A stretch of DNA of 64,000 bases from Verrucomicrobiota bacterium. Lineage in GTDB: Bacteria; Verrucomicrobiota; Verrucomicrobiia; Opitutales; Seribacteraceae. A program made the position numbers and the translations under genes. Shown one piece after another: positions 49,559 through 61,100 of the stretch. Below the pieces are notes generated by a model that saw only the letters and a program-made list of their open reading frames with translations, was not told where the DNA came from and did no database searches. The stretch lies in contig JAQBYT010000007.1 in the NCBI GenBank assembly GCA_027622665.1, positions 1 to 64,000 of the forward strand, given 5' to 3'. How positions within the stretch are numbered: position 1 is the first letter of the stretch; the number at the start of each line of letters is the position of its first letter.

Positions 49559-52500
49559 GTGTTTCCTTTTTGTTTTAGAAAGCTCTTTTTGATATCTGGC
49601 CTTGCCGCCACCGTTTATGGCGTGGATTTCAATCGTGAGGTTCGCCCTATCCTGTCGGAGCATTGCTTCCAGTGCCACGGGTTGGACCAACAAAAGAGCA
49701 AGCTGCGGCTTGACTTCGAGGAATTTGCCCACAAAGGCGGCAAGTCCGGCCTAGCGGCGGTGGCTCCCGGCAAGCCCGATCACAGCGAAATTATTCACCG
49801 CGTGACTGATCGAGACGAGGACCGAATGCCGCCGAAGGGGAAGGGTTTGTCCCAAGGACAGGTCGAGGTCTTGCGTCGCTGGATAGGGGAGGGCGGAAAG
49901 TACGACAAGCACTGGGCCTATGTTTTCCCAAAACGTTCGGTCTTGCCCACGGTCAAGGCCAAAGAGCGTGTTGCCAATGCCATCGATAATTTCACTTTGC
50001 GTCGTCTTGAGGAGCACGGCCTGACTTTTTCCGCACCTGCCGACAAGGCCCGCTGGCTTCGCCGCGCAAGCTTGGATCTGCTTGGATTGCCCCCCACGGT
50101 GGAACAATTAGACGCTTTCTTGGGCGACGATTCGGAAAACGCTCGCGAAAAGGTGGTGGATGCCTTGCAGCAGTCGCCTCGCTACGGTGAGCATTGGGCC
50201 AGACAATGGCTCGACCTGGCGCGCTACGCTGACTCCAACGGCTTTCAAGCCGATCAATTACGGGATAGCTGGGCCTTTCGCGACTGGGTGATCGATGCAA
50301 TGAACGACGACATGCCGTTCGACCAGTTCACTATCGAGCAAATCGCCGGCGACCTCCTGCCTAAGGCGACTTTTTCCCAAAAGGTGGCGACTGGGTTTCA
50401 CCGCACGCCTACCTGTAACGTGGAGGCAGGGGTGCATCCCGAGGAAAACCGCGTCAACCAAGTGGTCGACCGGGTTAACGCCACCGGCACCACTTGGCTG
50501 GGAACCACCATGGAGTGCGCCCAGTGCCACAGTCACAAGTACGATCCCGTTTCCCAGAAAGAGTATTACCAGCTCTTCGCCTTCTTCAACAACACGCCGC
50601 TCGAGGTGAAGGGCGGAGGGGTCAGCTTCGATTTTTGGGGTCCCACCATGGACTTGCCCTCCGACATGGTCCGCAACGGGAAAAAAAAGACCGCAGAGGC
50701 TGCACTGAAAGCCAAGAAAAAGGAACTGGTTGCCGCTAAAAAGGCTGCCGAGGCGAAATTCGAGGACTGGCTCGTTTCCCAACGCAAGAAACTGGGCAAG
50801 GAGAAGGGCTCATCCATTTGGGCGGTGCTCAAGCCGACCAAATGGAAGTCGAGCGGCAAGGAAACCTTCACCTTGCAGGACGACGACAGTTTGCTGGCTG
50901 GTGGCACATCCGGTGACAAGTCGATTTACGAGATCGAGACTGAGGCCCCTAAAGGTCGGTTGGCCTCCCTCCGCTTCGAAACCTTGCTCCATGACAGTTT
51001 GCCGAGTAAGGGCCCGGGCCGCAACCGGACCAATTCTAATCCCAACTTCGTGCTCAACGAGTTGACCGTTTCCCTGCTCGAGCCGGGCAAGAAACCCATG
51101 CCCCTCAAGCTGACCCGAGCCAAGGTCGACTTTTCCCAAGGCAACTTTTCGGCCAACGGCCTGATCGACGGCAAACGCGACCTCAGCAGCGCCTGGGCCA
51201 TTTCTCCCGAGTTCGGCAAGGCCCATTGGGCGACCATGGATCTGGCGAAGCCGGTTGAGCCGGCCCTCGGTTCCAAGCTGATCTTCAAGCTGGAGCACCT
51301 CTATGGGGGCGGTCGCAACGTGGGTCGGCCTCGTTTCTCCGCCTCCCCGGAACCCGCTCGGCAACCCGCTTTGCCCAAGGAGATCGCGGACCTCCTGCGG
51401 AAGCCCAAGCCGACCGACAGGGAAACAAAGAAACTGCTGGGCCGCTACCTCAAGAGCGACGACGAATTGGCCGAGCTGGAAAAAGTGCTGGCTGCGGCCA
51501 AGAAGAAGGTCGACGCGATCAAGCCGGCCACCACCTTGGTCATGGTAGAGATGGACAAGTCGCGCGAAACACGCGTCATGTCGCGAGGCAACTACCTAGA
51601 TCCCAAGCAAAAGGTGGCTCCGGGCACACCCGCCGCACTCCACCCGTGGAAGAAGGAATGGCCCGCCAACCGGCTTGGGTTCGCTCAATGGTTGGTGGAT
51701 CCCGCCAACCCGCTTGTGGCCCGCGTGACGGTGAATCGATGGTGGGGACAGTTCTTCGGGAGCGGCATCGTCTCGACCGAGGAAGATTTCGGTTCCCAAT
51801 GCGAACCACCAACGCACCCCGATTTGCTCGACTGGCTGGCGGTGGAGTTCATGGAGAACGGCTGGTCGATGAAGAAGCTGCACAAGACAATCGTTCTCAG
51901 CGCTACCTACGGACAGAGCTCGCGGGTCACTCCCAAGCTGTTGGAAAAAGACCCGAACAATTTGTGGTTCGCTCGCGGGCCGCGCTTCCGCCTGACCGCC
52001 GAAATGATTCGCGATAACGCCCTTCGTATTTCAGGCCTCTTGAGCGAAAAGATGGGTGGCTCCCCCATTTACCCCCCGCAACCCGACGGTCTTTGGCGGC
52101 AGACGGGGCGCAACGAGCCGAAATACGTCGCCGCCACAAACCAGGACCGCTTTCGTCGCGGCATATACGTCATTTGGAGGCGCGCCGCGCCTTATCCTAG
52201 TTTCGTCAATTTCGACGGACCCGACCGCTCTGCCTGTCATCCCAAGCGCAGTCGTACCAACACCCCCTTGCAGGCTCTCACCTTGCTTAACGACGAGGCT
52301 TACGTCGAGATGGCCTTGGGCCTCGCCGTTCGTGTATTGGAGGACAAGCCGAAGACGGACCTCGATGAACGCCTCCGCTACGCTTTCCGCCGTACCCTTG
52401 CCCGCGAGCCTGATGCCCGCGAGCTGGCCGTTTTGAGAGAACTGCACGCGGGCGAACTGTCACGTTTGAGCGAGGACAAGGTAGCGGCCAAGAAGTTGCT

Positions 52501-52615
52501 CGACGGGATAAAGGTGATCAAGTTCTCCGCCAAGCTCGATCCGAACCAGTTGGCGGCTTGGTTCTTCGTGGCGAACGCCTTGTTGAATCTAGACGAAACC
52601 GTGACTAAGGGATAA
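49559..52615 (+). CDS. Planctomycete cytochrome c / DUF1549 / DUF1553 (PSD1) domain protein
   Basis: [70 protein letters not shown]. Confidence 0.93.
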   Translation: MFPFCFRKLFLISGLAATVYGVDFNREVRPILSEHCFQCHGLDQQKSKLRLDFEEFAHKGGKSGLAAVAPGKPDHSEIIHRVTDRDEDRMPPKGKGLSQGQVEVLRRWIGEGGKYDKHWAYVFPKRSVLPTVKAKERVANAIDNFTLRRLEEHGLTFSAPADKARWLRRASLDLLGLPPTVEQLDAFLGDDSENAREKVVDALQQSPRYGEHWARQWLDLARYADSNGFQADQLRDSWAFRDWVIDAMNDDMPFDQFTIEQIAGDLLPKATFSQKVATGFHRTPTCNVEAGVHPEENRVNQVVDRVNATGTTWLGTTMECAQCHSHKYDPVSQKEYYQLFAFFNNTPLEVKGGGVSFDFWGPTMDLPSDMVRNGKKKTAEAALKAKKKELVAAKKAAEAKFEDWLVSQRKKLGKEKGSSIWAVLKPTKWKSSGKETFTLQDDDSLLAGGTSGDKSIYEIETEAPKGRLASLRFETLLHDSLPSKGPGRNRTNSNPNFVLNELTVSLLEPGKKPMPLKLTRAKVDFSQGNFSANGLIDGKRDLSSAWAISPEFGKAHWATMDLAKPVEPALGSKLIFKLEHLYGGGRNVGRPRFSASPEPARQPALPKEIADLLRKPKPTDRETKKLLGRYLKSDDELAELEKVLAAAKKKVDAIKPATTLVMVEMDKSRETRVMSRGNYLDPKQKVAPGTPAALHPWKKEWPANRLGFAQWLVDPANPLVARVTVNRWWGQFFGSGIVSTEEDFGSQCEPPTHPDLLDWLAVEFMENGWSMKKLHKTIVLSATYGQSSRVTPKLLEKDPNNLWFARGPRFRLTAEMIRDNALRISGLLSEKMGGSPIYPPQPDGLWRQTGRNEPKYVAATNQDRFRRGIYVIWRRAAPYPSFVNFDGPDRSACHPKRSRTNTPLQALTLLNDEAYVEMALGLAVRVLEDKPKTDLDERLRYAFRRTLAREPDARELAVLRELHAGELSRLSEDKVAAKKLLDGIKVIKFSAKLDPNQLAAWFFVANALLNLDETVTKG

Positions 52616-52625
52616 AGGAGCTTTC

Positions 52626-54044
52626 ATGCACCCAATCGACACTTGGCAGCGCAACCTGACGCGGCGGCAATTGTTCCAGCGCGTGGGGATGGGCGTGGGC
52701 GGTTTGGCATTGGCCGACCTAATGGCCCACGACCTCGGAGCCTCGCCCGCCACCAACCAGGTTAGCCACTTTGCTCCGAAAGCCAAGAGCGTGATCTATT
52801 TTCACTTGGTGGGCGCTCCTTCGCACCTCGACCTCTTCGATTACAAACCGGAGCTGCAGAAGCGCAGCGGCGAGCTTTGCCCCGCCGAGATGTTCGAGGG
52901 CAAGCAACTGGCCTTCATCCGCAAGCGTCCGACCTTGCTCGGCACGAGCAAGGACTCCAAGTTCAAGTTTCGCCGCTGCGGGCAATCCGGCATCATGATG
53001 TCGAACCTTCTCCCTCACTTGCAGACCTGTGCCGACGAGATGTGCTTCGTCCGCTCCCTGCGTACCGATCATTTCAACCATGCCCCCGCCCAAATGTTCA
53101 TGCAGACGGGATTCGAGCGCTTTGGCCGTCCTAGCCTCGGGGCATGGGCCAATTACGGTCTCGGCACCCCAAATTCCGACTTGCCCGGCTTCGTGGTGAT
53201 GGTCACGGGGCAATACCCGGGAGCCGGCAACAGTGCCTTCGGCAGCGGTTTCCTTCCCTCCGTCTACCAAGGGGTCGAGTTTCGCGGATCCGGGGATCCC
53301 GTGCTCTTTCTTTCCAATCCCAAGGGCGTCGGTCCAAAGGAACGTCGTCGGGTAGTCGAAGCGGTCAACAAGTTGAACCAACGCCAACTGGCCGACGTCG
53401 GCGATCCCGAGATAGCCACCCGTATCAGCCAGTACGAAATGGCATACCGCATGCAGACCAGCGTGCCCGAGCTGAAGGACCTTTCACGAGAGCCCAAGCG
53501 CGTCCTCGAGTCCTACGGGGCCAAGGTGGGCGGCTCCGGGTTCGCCAACAATTGCCTGCTCGCCCGCCGCATGGTGGAGCGTGGCGTGCGATTCGTTCAA
53601 CTCTTCGATCAAGGTTGGGATCACCACGGAGGGGTTTTCAACAGCCTGCCAGGCAAGGCAAAGCAGGTAGATCAGCCTATCGCCGCCCTCATCAAGGACC
53701 TCAAGGAGCGTGGCCTATTGGACGAGACCTTGGTGGTTTGGAGCGCCGAGTTCGGGCGCACCCCCATGGCCCAGGGCGACCGCAAAAGCATCGGGCGAGA
53801 CCACCACAAGGAAGGATTCACCGTCTGGATGGCCGGCGGTGGTGTAAAGGGAGGCCATGACTTCGGATCGACCGACGAACTAGGTTATGCCCCCGCCGAG
53901 AATCCTGTCCACGTACATGACTTCAACGCCACTATTCTGCACCTCCTCGGCATCGACCACGAGCAACTGACTTACCGTTTCCAGGGGCGCAAGTTTCGCC
54001 TCACCGATGTCCACGGTCATGTCATCCGCGACCTGTTGACTTGA
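52626..54044 (+). CDS. DUF1501-domain protein, Tat-exported
   Basis: TRRQLF Tat motif, [38 protein letters not shown]. Confidence 0.93.
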   Translation: MHPIDTWQRNLTRRQLFQRVGMGVGGLALADLMAHDLGASPATNQVSHFAPKAKSVIYFHLVGAPSHLDLFDYKPELQKRSGELCPAEMFEGKQLAFIRKRPTLLGTSKDSKFKFRRCGQSGIMMSNLLPHLQTCADEMCFVRSLRTDHFNHAPAQMFMQTGFERFGRPSLGAWANYGLGTPNSDLPGFVVMVTGQYPGAGNSAFGSGFLPSVYQGVEFRGSGDPVLFLSNPKGVGPKERRRVVEAVNKLNQRQLADVGDPEIATRISQYEMAYRMQTSVPELKDLSREPKRVLESYGAKVGGSGFANNCLLARRMVERGVRFVQLFDQGWDHHGGVFNSLPGKAKQVDQPIAALIKDLKERGLLDETLVVWSAEFGRTPMAQGDRKSIGRDHHKEGFTVWMAGGGVKGGHDFGSTDELGYAPAENPVHVHDFNATILHLLGIDHEQLTYRFQGRKFRLTDVHGHVIRDLLT

Positions 54045-54074
54045 GCGATAAGCTTGCAACTAATCTTCCTTCAA

Positions 54075-55334
54075 TCATTCTTTTCGGAGGGGGTGCCCGA
54101 TGGCGTGTTCTAGGGCGAGGTGAGCGGATTGAAATTGGTATCTGGCCTCGAGGAGTTTGCGACGGACTTCGAAGAGTCCGATGCGAAGCTGGTTTCGTGA
54201 GACAGGATCGATGCCTTGCCCATTGGGGCTTTCCTCGAGGGCAGGAGCAAGCTCGCTTTCGAGGTTTACAGAGGAGATTTCGTGCTCGGCGAGTTGCCGC
54301 GATGCGGCTCGGTAATCACGTAGAGCGCTGGCGAGTGTCAGTCGGAGGTCACGGCGAGCAAGGCGTTGGATAGCGAGATTTTCGTGTAATTCGGCGGTGG
54401 CGGCTTGAATGTCGGCCCGATGTCCCCACATGGGAATCTCTATACCGAGGAGGACGCCCCATTGGTCGGAGTCGGATGAGATGCGCCGATCATGTTCGAT
54501 ATTACCTTGAAAGAAGGAGAACCAAGGGATACGGCGAGCCTCGGCTTGTTGGATACGGGCTCGGGCGGCTTCACCTTCATGTTCGAGTGAGATTAGCTCG
54601 GGGCGTCCCAGAGTGGCAGTTGGAAATAGGTTATTTAGGGTGAGATTGGAGGTGTTTTCATCTGGTTTGGAGAAAGAGGTTACTAGATTTACGGGTGTGC
54701 CTTCGGGTTGGGCGAGGAGTGCGAGTAAGGTGGAAGAAACGCTTTCGTAGGTTCGATCAGCTTTGGAAGCCACGGCGAAAGTTTTGTAGGTCTCTAGTCG
54801 ACTTTCAAGAGCTTTTGGGAGGGTGAGTTGGCCTGCGGCGACAAGGATGTCGTGGGCTGTACGGATGGCCGCTTGGGTTTCGGCGATTTCGTGGGCGAGG
54901 AGTGCGTCTTTTTTTCGATAAAGAGTTTCAAAGTAAAGCCGCTTGACCTCGTAGGAAAGGATGTTTTCAGTCAGCTTGAGTTCTATGCGTGCGACTTCGA
55001 TTCGGGCTTGGCCTTCTTCCACCAGAGCCTTTGTTTCCCATGGGTTGTTCAGTCGAAAGCGTAGGGCATATTCTTGGCTGGATTCACCTGCGAGACGACC
55101 CTCGTCGTGGCTAAGCCGAAGCTCGGGGGCAGGCATGGCGCCGATGGCGCGAAGGCGGGCGCGGACGGATGCTATGCGGGTGCGAGGAGCATCAAGATTT
55201 TCGGTGTTATTCCTCGCCAGTTCGAGGGCTTGTTCAAGTGAAAGATTCCGAGATGCGTTGGCATCTTGGGCGTGACCGAGTGGTGCGGAAAAAATGAAGA
55301 ATGCGAAGATTGCTGCGTGTACGAGACCTTTCAT
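54075..55334 (-). CDS. TolC-family outer-membrane efflux protein
   Basis: Signal peptide, LSLEQALELAR, GRPEL, GIEIPMW, LEHAIG; ATG at 55334. Confidence 0.82.
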   Translation of the reverse strand: MKGLVHAAIFAFFIFSAPLGHAQDANASRNLSLEQALELARNNTENLDAPRTRIASVRARLRAIGAMPAPELRLSHDEGRLAGESSQEYALRFRLNNPWETKALVEEGQARIEVARIELKLTENILSYEVKRLYFETLYRKKDALLAHEIAETQAAIRTAHDILVAAGQLTLPKALESRLETYKTFAVASKADRTYESVSSTLLALLAQPEGTPVNLVTSFSKPDENTSNLTLNNLFPTATLGRPELISLEHEGEAARARIQQAEARRIPWFSFFQGNIEHDRRISSDSDQWGVLLGIEIPMWGHRADIQAATAELHENLAIQRLARRDLRLTLASALRDYRAASRQLAEHEISSVNLESELAPALEESPNGQGIDPVSRNQLRIGLFEVRRKLLEARYQFQSAHLALEHAIGHPLRKE

Positions 55335-55342
55335 CAAAAGAT

Positions 55343-56461
55343 TCAGGAACCCCGGAGGAAGCCGAAAAAACCTATCGAGGTGGTTTCGATGACGACCCAT
55401 TCGCCGGGGACGAAGGCATCGTGATCTTGGCCCGTGATGGAGCGGAGTTGGATGTTGCGTCCGCGAGCCATGCGATTGGGGGCGTTGCGGACGCGCCCGG
55501 GGAAGTTGAGTATGTGAGGGGTAACGGAGACGACCTCCATTCGGATTTGGGCAGAAGGGTTGGTTTCCGAGTATACGACTAGTTCGTCGCCAACGGTGGG
55601 TTGAAGGTGGGCGAAACGTTCGGGTTGAAAGCCCATTACGCGTTTCACTTCCTTACCGTTGGCAGGATCGTACTCCTTAATAATAAGGCGGGCGATTGGT
55701 TCTCCGGCGGGCACGTTTTCGCCTCTTTGGAAGGAGAGTTCGGCTACTACGCCGTCGTTGGCGGCTTTGAGAAAGCAGTGCTCACGACGTTGCTCTAGGA
55801 GAGCGAGGCGGTTGTTGCCGGGTCGTTCGATTGTGTGTACTTCAGCGAGGCGTGCGATGGAATCTTCCAGGTCTGCCTTTACTTTAGAGATGAGCGAGGG
55901 ATGCATATCCCCTCGCTTTGCTAGGACGGCGATCTTGGCCTCGAGTTCACTCACGATTTCTCGGTCCACTAATCCTCGCTCAAGCAATCCTTTCAGCCGT
56001 TCGAGTTGACGGGATAATATGGCTATTTCGGCGGAATCGGAGGCTTGGTCCATGAGAAGTTCGCTAACATCTACGCGAGTGCTTTGGACGGCCGAGGTGA
56101 AGCGACGATCGCGATCGAGACGGTCGAGCTCTAGTTCTTCCTTGATTGAGGCGATTTGTTTATCGATAAGGCTTGTGTCGAGGACGATGAGGAGATCTCC
56201 GCGAGTTATCTTCTGGCCGATTGCGACCTTTATGTCCTCGATGCGTCCCACTTCGCGACTAGAAATGGACTCGAAGTCAAATTCTACGGTTCCGTTTAGT
56301 TCATAATATCCGCCCCCAAATTCGTAAAGGGCGAAGAGTGCGGGAATGAATAGAAGCCAAACGAAAAGAGGCCACTTCCTGCCGATGCGTCCGAGGCTAC
56401 TGCCGCGGTGACGTTTCGGGGCAGGTTTTAGAGATACTGAAGCCGTTCGTTCGTCAGGCAT
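55343..56461 (-). CDS. HlyD-family membrane fusion (periplasmic adaptor) protein
   Basis: N-terminal TM helix, lipoyl half-motifs (GRIEDIKVAIGQKITRGD; KAANDGVVAEL...GENVPAGEPI), long coiled coil. Confidence 0.85.
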   Translation of the reverse strand: MPDERTASVSLKPAPKRHRGSSLGRIGRKWPLFVWLLFIPALFALYEFGGGYYELNGTVEFDFESISSREVGRIEDIKVAIGQKITRGDLLIVLDTSLIDKQIASIKEELELDRLDRDRRFTSAVQSTRVDVSELLMDQASDSAEIAILSRQLERLKGLLERGLVDREIVSELEAKIAVLAKRGDMHPSLISKVKADLEDSIARLAEVHTIERPGNNRLALLEQRREHCFLKAANDGVVAELSFQRGENVPAGEPIARLIIKEYDPANGKEVKRVMGFQPERFAHLQPTVGDELVVYSETNPSAQIRMEVVSVTPHILNFPGRVRNAPNRMARGRNIQLRSITGQDHDAFVPGEWVVIETTSIGFFGFLRGS

Positions 56462-56464
56462 GGC

Positions 56465-57148
56465 TCAAATTTCCACGGTGGAGCGTTGCATGACCATGCT
56501 CACATCCTCGATTCCCTCGATGGCTTCGAGATCGACGATTAGGTCGGGTTTTCCGGACGGATCCAGCAGGCGAACATGGTAGGAGTACTCAACAGCCTCT
56601 CCCTGAATGGCTTCCCGCATGGCGACCATGTTGACGGACGAAGTGTGGCGTTCAAAGACCTCGCGGGTGAGTGCTTCACCAGATTCTCCCTTGGGCAAGA
56701 TGAAGCGAAGCAGACCCTCGAAAGAACGGCGAGAGGCAAAGGGTGAGTAGTGCAGAAAGAGGACGGCGAAACAGAAGAAGAGCGACCCTATTATGGCGAC
56801 GTCAACAACTTGAGCCCCAGCGGCGATGCCCGTGGCGAGACTTGCGAAGAGGAAAATAATGTCGCGAGGATCGCGGATGGGGGTGCGAAAGCGAATGAGG
56901 GCTAGGGCGCCGAGAATGCCGAGCCCGCGAGCTAGGTTGTTGCCTATTGCTATGATCATTATGCAGGCTACGATAGCGGCGAGGGCAATGGTTTGCACGA
57001 AAGTCCGAGAGTAGGAATACCCCGTGTGCGTACGCTGATAGACTGCGGCTAACAACAGCGACATGACAAAACTGAGCAGGAGGGAGAAGAGAATCTGCAG
57101 CGGACTGAACGCCCGAGCGGGTCCCAATGCGTTAAAAATCGCTTCCAT
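56465..57148 (-). CDS. DUF4956-family membrane protein
   Basis: IGNNLARGLGILGALALIRFRTPIRDPRDIIFLF; TM helices plus a C-terminal soluble domain. Confidence 0.88.
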   Translation of the reverse strand: MEAIFNALGPARAFSPLQILFSLLLSFVMSLLLAAVYQRTHTGYSYSRTFVQTIALAAIVACIMIIAIGNNLARGLGILGALALIRFRTPIRDPRDIIFLFASLATGIAAGAQVVDVAIIGSLFFCFAVLFLHYSPFASRRSFEGLLRFILPKGESGEALTREVFERHTSSVNMVAMREAIQGEAVEYSYHVRLLDPSGKPDLIVDLEAIEGIEDVSMVMQRSTVEI

Positions 57149-57980
57149 TTTCGTATGAACAGTTTTCCGAGACATCAGAATAAGTACTGCCTCGAAATAG
57201 GGATTCCAATCTCATAGCAGCTGAATACTTGCAAAATCCGGTGTTCACGAGATCAAAACGTTCAACCATCTCTGCCATCCATTCGGGGAATTCGGTTTCG
57301 GCCTTCAGTTCTAGAATCTGGCCAGGGTATTCGCGGCACAAGGATGTTTGGGTGTCCATCGAGTACCAACGAGCGGATTGGCATGGAAATGTCCAAGAAC
57401 CTCGAGCGGGTCTATAGCGAAGGCGGCGATCAATGGTTACACGGGCATAGCGTTCGCTAATACCCTTGTAGGATTCCCTGACGTAGTTGATGTAGACAAA
57501 TGGTCTTGCGCCTATCTCCCGCACGAGCCGAACGAACTCAAGATAATTCATGTTCTCGGCTTCGTTCACAAAAGGGATAATACTTGTGGGATGCAAAATG
57601 TTTTCCTTTGAATAGTCTTTAGGTTGCAACACTGCACGACTCTTCAGAATCATGATATTAATCTTTCGCTTGATCTCTAGAAAGTAGGGGCATTCGTTGC
57701 CCGTTCCGTATGTGCGTATCCGTAATTTAAAACGGTTTCTAGCCTTGCGTTCTTTTGCGAAATGGAGGGTGGCGTTTGAGGCATCTAGTTGAAGAGTGGT
57801 GACAAGGTATTCGGGGATATCCCCGACAGTGTGCTCATCCTCGTACACGAATGGGCGAATAAACCGTCGGATTTCCGGAACTTGCTTTGGAACGACCACG
57901 TATTTGTACTCGTAGCGATCGATTTGTCGGTCGCTTATTGGGAGAGATGCCTGTAGAGTGCTGATAGTAGGAGTTTTGTG
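57132..57980 (-). CDS. VTC-domain (polyphosphate polymerase, CYTH/TTM fold) protein; start codon unresolved
   Basis: RYEYKY, RFKLRIRTY, FLEIKRK, YVRESY, RVTID, ILELK, FCKY. Frame is open to 57980 but the first canonical start (GTG 57899) lies downstream of RYEYKY. Confidence 0.85.
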   Translation of the reverse strand, partial: HKTPTISTLQASLPISDRQIDRYEYKYVVVPKQVPEIRRFIRPFVYEDEHTVGDIPEYLVTTLQLDASNATLHFAKERKARNRFKLRIRTYGTGNECPYFLEIKRKINIMILKSRAVLQPKDYSKENILHPTSIIPFVNEAENMNYLEFVRLVREIGARPFVYINYVRESYKGISERYARVTIDRRLRYRPARGSWTFPCQSARWYSMDTQTSLCREYPGQILELKAETEFPEWMAEMVERFDLVNTGFCKYSAAMRLESLFRGSTYSDVSENCSYENGSDF

Positions 57981-58173
57981 CTAAAGTTGTAGATTTCAAA
58001 CGAGTAACCAGGGATTGCCAAATTTCTCTCAAGGTCACAAACTAATTTCCAAAAATGATATTACATGGAAACATATGAGGTTTCTCAAGCAAATCGCTTG
58101 TTTTATTCAAAGTCTGTGCCTATAACTTCATGCGAGTCTACCAAATCACGAACCAGTCTATCGTCTATCCCTC

Positions 58174-61100
58174 TTGAATAAAACATCAAATAGTTGGATT
58201 CGAAGGCTAATAGTCGTTCTGGCATGTGCGTCTACGCTGATTCCCCGTTTGTCCTTCGGCGAGGCGATGCTGCAATACTTCAACACCAGTTGGGCGGAGA
58301 TCACTAACCGGATGCCCGAATTGGCGGAAGCGGGGTACTCTTCGCTTTGGCTACCTCCGCCGACGAAGGGAAGCGGGCGACTCTCGGTCGGTTACGACCT
58401 GTGGGACCCGTTCGACCTCGGGGGACGGGAGCAACGAGGCACTTTCCAGACGCGATATGGTACTGAGGCGGAACTGCATCGCTTGATAGAGATGGCCCAC
58501 AGGTTCGGCATTCGTGTCTATTTCGACAATATCATGAATCACCGTGCTTTCGACGTTCCCGGTTACAACGAGCACGCTCCCGAAGACTTATACCCGGGAA
58601 TGCGTCCCGAGGATTTTCACATTAGACGAACCTCTGACGGGCTTTACCGCAAATGGGATAATGTTCGCGAGTGGTGGAGCGAGTGGCAGGTACAAAATCT
58701 CGGACTTTCCGATCTTATAGATATTGCAGCAGAACCTGGAACAACCAACCGAAACTTCGGCGACCGGGAAGGTGCCACGGCGGAGAAGATTAAGTTCCTT
58801 CGACACCCCGACAATCCGGAATTCTATTGTTACGATGCAAACGGCAGCTACGTCGGATTTGGGCAGGACAACGGGCTCACGGTTGAATACCTCGCGCAAA
58901 ACGAGGCCTTTTACTCCGAATACGTTGAGGTTTATCTAAATCGAGCGGCGCGTTGGCTTCTAGACCGTACAAAGGCCGATGGTTTGCGATTGGATGCCGT
59001 AAAGCATATCCCGGCCGATTTTTTCGGCGCCACCTTTGGCGCAGATAGAGATCGTAGCAATTACGGTTACCTCGGGCAGGCTCAGGAGCAATTCAACCTT
59101 ACGCGAGGTTTTTCGGATTGGGACAACCATCGCGATACCGTCTTCGATACCGAGCGTCCGAGAGATGACGCCATGATGTTCGGCGAACACCTGGGGTCAC
59201 CGCCGGCGGTCGATGATTACATCAATGCAGGCATGCGTCTTCTTGATAATGACCTTCGCCATCACCTAAATAGCCAACTTGGTAATCCATTCGGCACCTT
59301 AGCCGGAATGGATGCATCTGGTAGCCATGGCTTTGCTCCCGGTTCTTCAGTTATGCATGCCCAAAGCCACGATAGCGATTATGCTGCCCGACGTGAGTTG
59401 CAACATGCTCTCTACCTGACTCGTGGAGGAATCGGAATAATTTATTCGGACGGCAACCATAAGGCGGGAATTCTCAAAGAGAGCGGAGGAGCTTTTCCAC
59501 GCCATGCAAACACCAATTTCCTTGGTCAATTCGGGGACAATCGCATTCCTAACCTGCTATATTTTCACGAACACTTTGTGAGGGGGTTCCAAGTGGGTCG
59601 CTGGAGCGACGGCGACGTAGTGGTTTACGAACGAGTGGACAAGCGAGACAACCCCGGCATGTCCGATGCGGCAGGTACGGTCGGACTCGTTATGATTAAC
59701 GACAATTACTCGAGTGGTCAGGCACGTGGATTTACCACAGGATTTCTCGCTGAAGGCGGAACGGACAATGACGTTTACCTCTATAATTATTCATCCTATG
59801 GCGGAGGTTTTTTCAAGTATGCCAGCCAGTTAAACCAGGTGGTGATTCCTGCAGGAGGCTATTTCCTGTTTTCATGGAGGAGCCCGGAGCCCTCGGACCT
59901 GTGGGGATTGGCGGGAGGGCATCCTTTGAGCATTTTACAAGATGGGGAAGAGGTGGAAACCATCTCGGTGAGGAGAACTGACGGGCCTGATGGCGATCCA
60001 GCTTTCAATCCTTATGGCGTATCCGATGCCAACCAAACGGACTTTTCTTATTTATGGAAAATCCCAAGGGTAACTAGTGGGAAGAACTTGAAGTTCGTCG
60101 TTCGTGCCGATGGTTCGGCTGAGAACATGTTGCTCAATATCGACGGAGGTATAGATGTTAATGGCAACGGTAAACGGGACAATCCGCCTGCATTTTCCTC
60201 CGATGTTTACCTTGGGTTCGAGCAAATGGATTTCGTCGGAAGGCAAGGGCCGGAGAAATTCGCCGCCGGCGACACAAGTCGCAATATGATAGGATCCGCA
60301 GGGGCAGAAACTTATTGGTGGTCTGCCGATAACGGTTCCTTCTTCACCGTGAACGGTGGTTCCGGAGATGATTCCTATGAAGATGAGACCGCCCACTGGG
60401 CGTATCACGCTCCAGAGCAAAACAATGACCAAGGGGAAAAGCAGTTCAAGGTTGCGGAAAGCTCGGCGACTGTCTGGGTGAAAGTAGGCTACAACCTTGA
60501 GGTGAATCAAGCTCGGCTTTACCATGTGATCGACGGCAGTAATCCCGAAGGGGCGGGGGGGGGCGGTATCGGCACGACGCAAGTTACCTCGTTTGCCTTT
60601 TCCCACTCCGATGGACAAGAGCCCACCGTCGATTGGTGGAAAGCCACCGTTCCTTTGCCGGACTCAGGAATCTTCAAATACAAGATCGGTGTGTATCGCA
60701 ACGAATTGAACGGTGCTTCACTGGCCAGCGTTTTTCCGAAAAACGAGTCCGCTGTGGCTCTCAAAAAGAAGATGCTAACCAGCTTCGAAATAGACGGTTT
60801 CGATGCCGAAGCCATTGAGTATTATCCGCACCGCGACTACGGCGACAAGGTAACTGGTCTGAAGGAGGGTTTCCACTTTGTGAAGGCACGGGCTTTCCTG
60901 AGCCGATTAGGCGAAGCTTCCATCTACAATACCTTTTCGCGTACCTTGTACTACGATACCAAGCGTCCCGAGGGTACGGTCAACTTTCCCGGAAGAGATG
61001 GCGAGGAATTGTTTGGTTCCGAATACGGGTTCGTTGTCCGCACCGATTCCAGCGTGACCGAGGTGCTTTTCCACATTGATGATGACGACCCGACTAACGA

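Noticed and set aside
49559..54044. DUF1553/DUF1501 pair as a novel system
   Set aside because: A very common multi-copy pair in PVC genomes, although its function is unknown.
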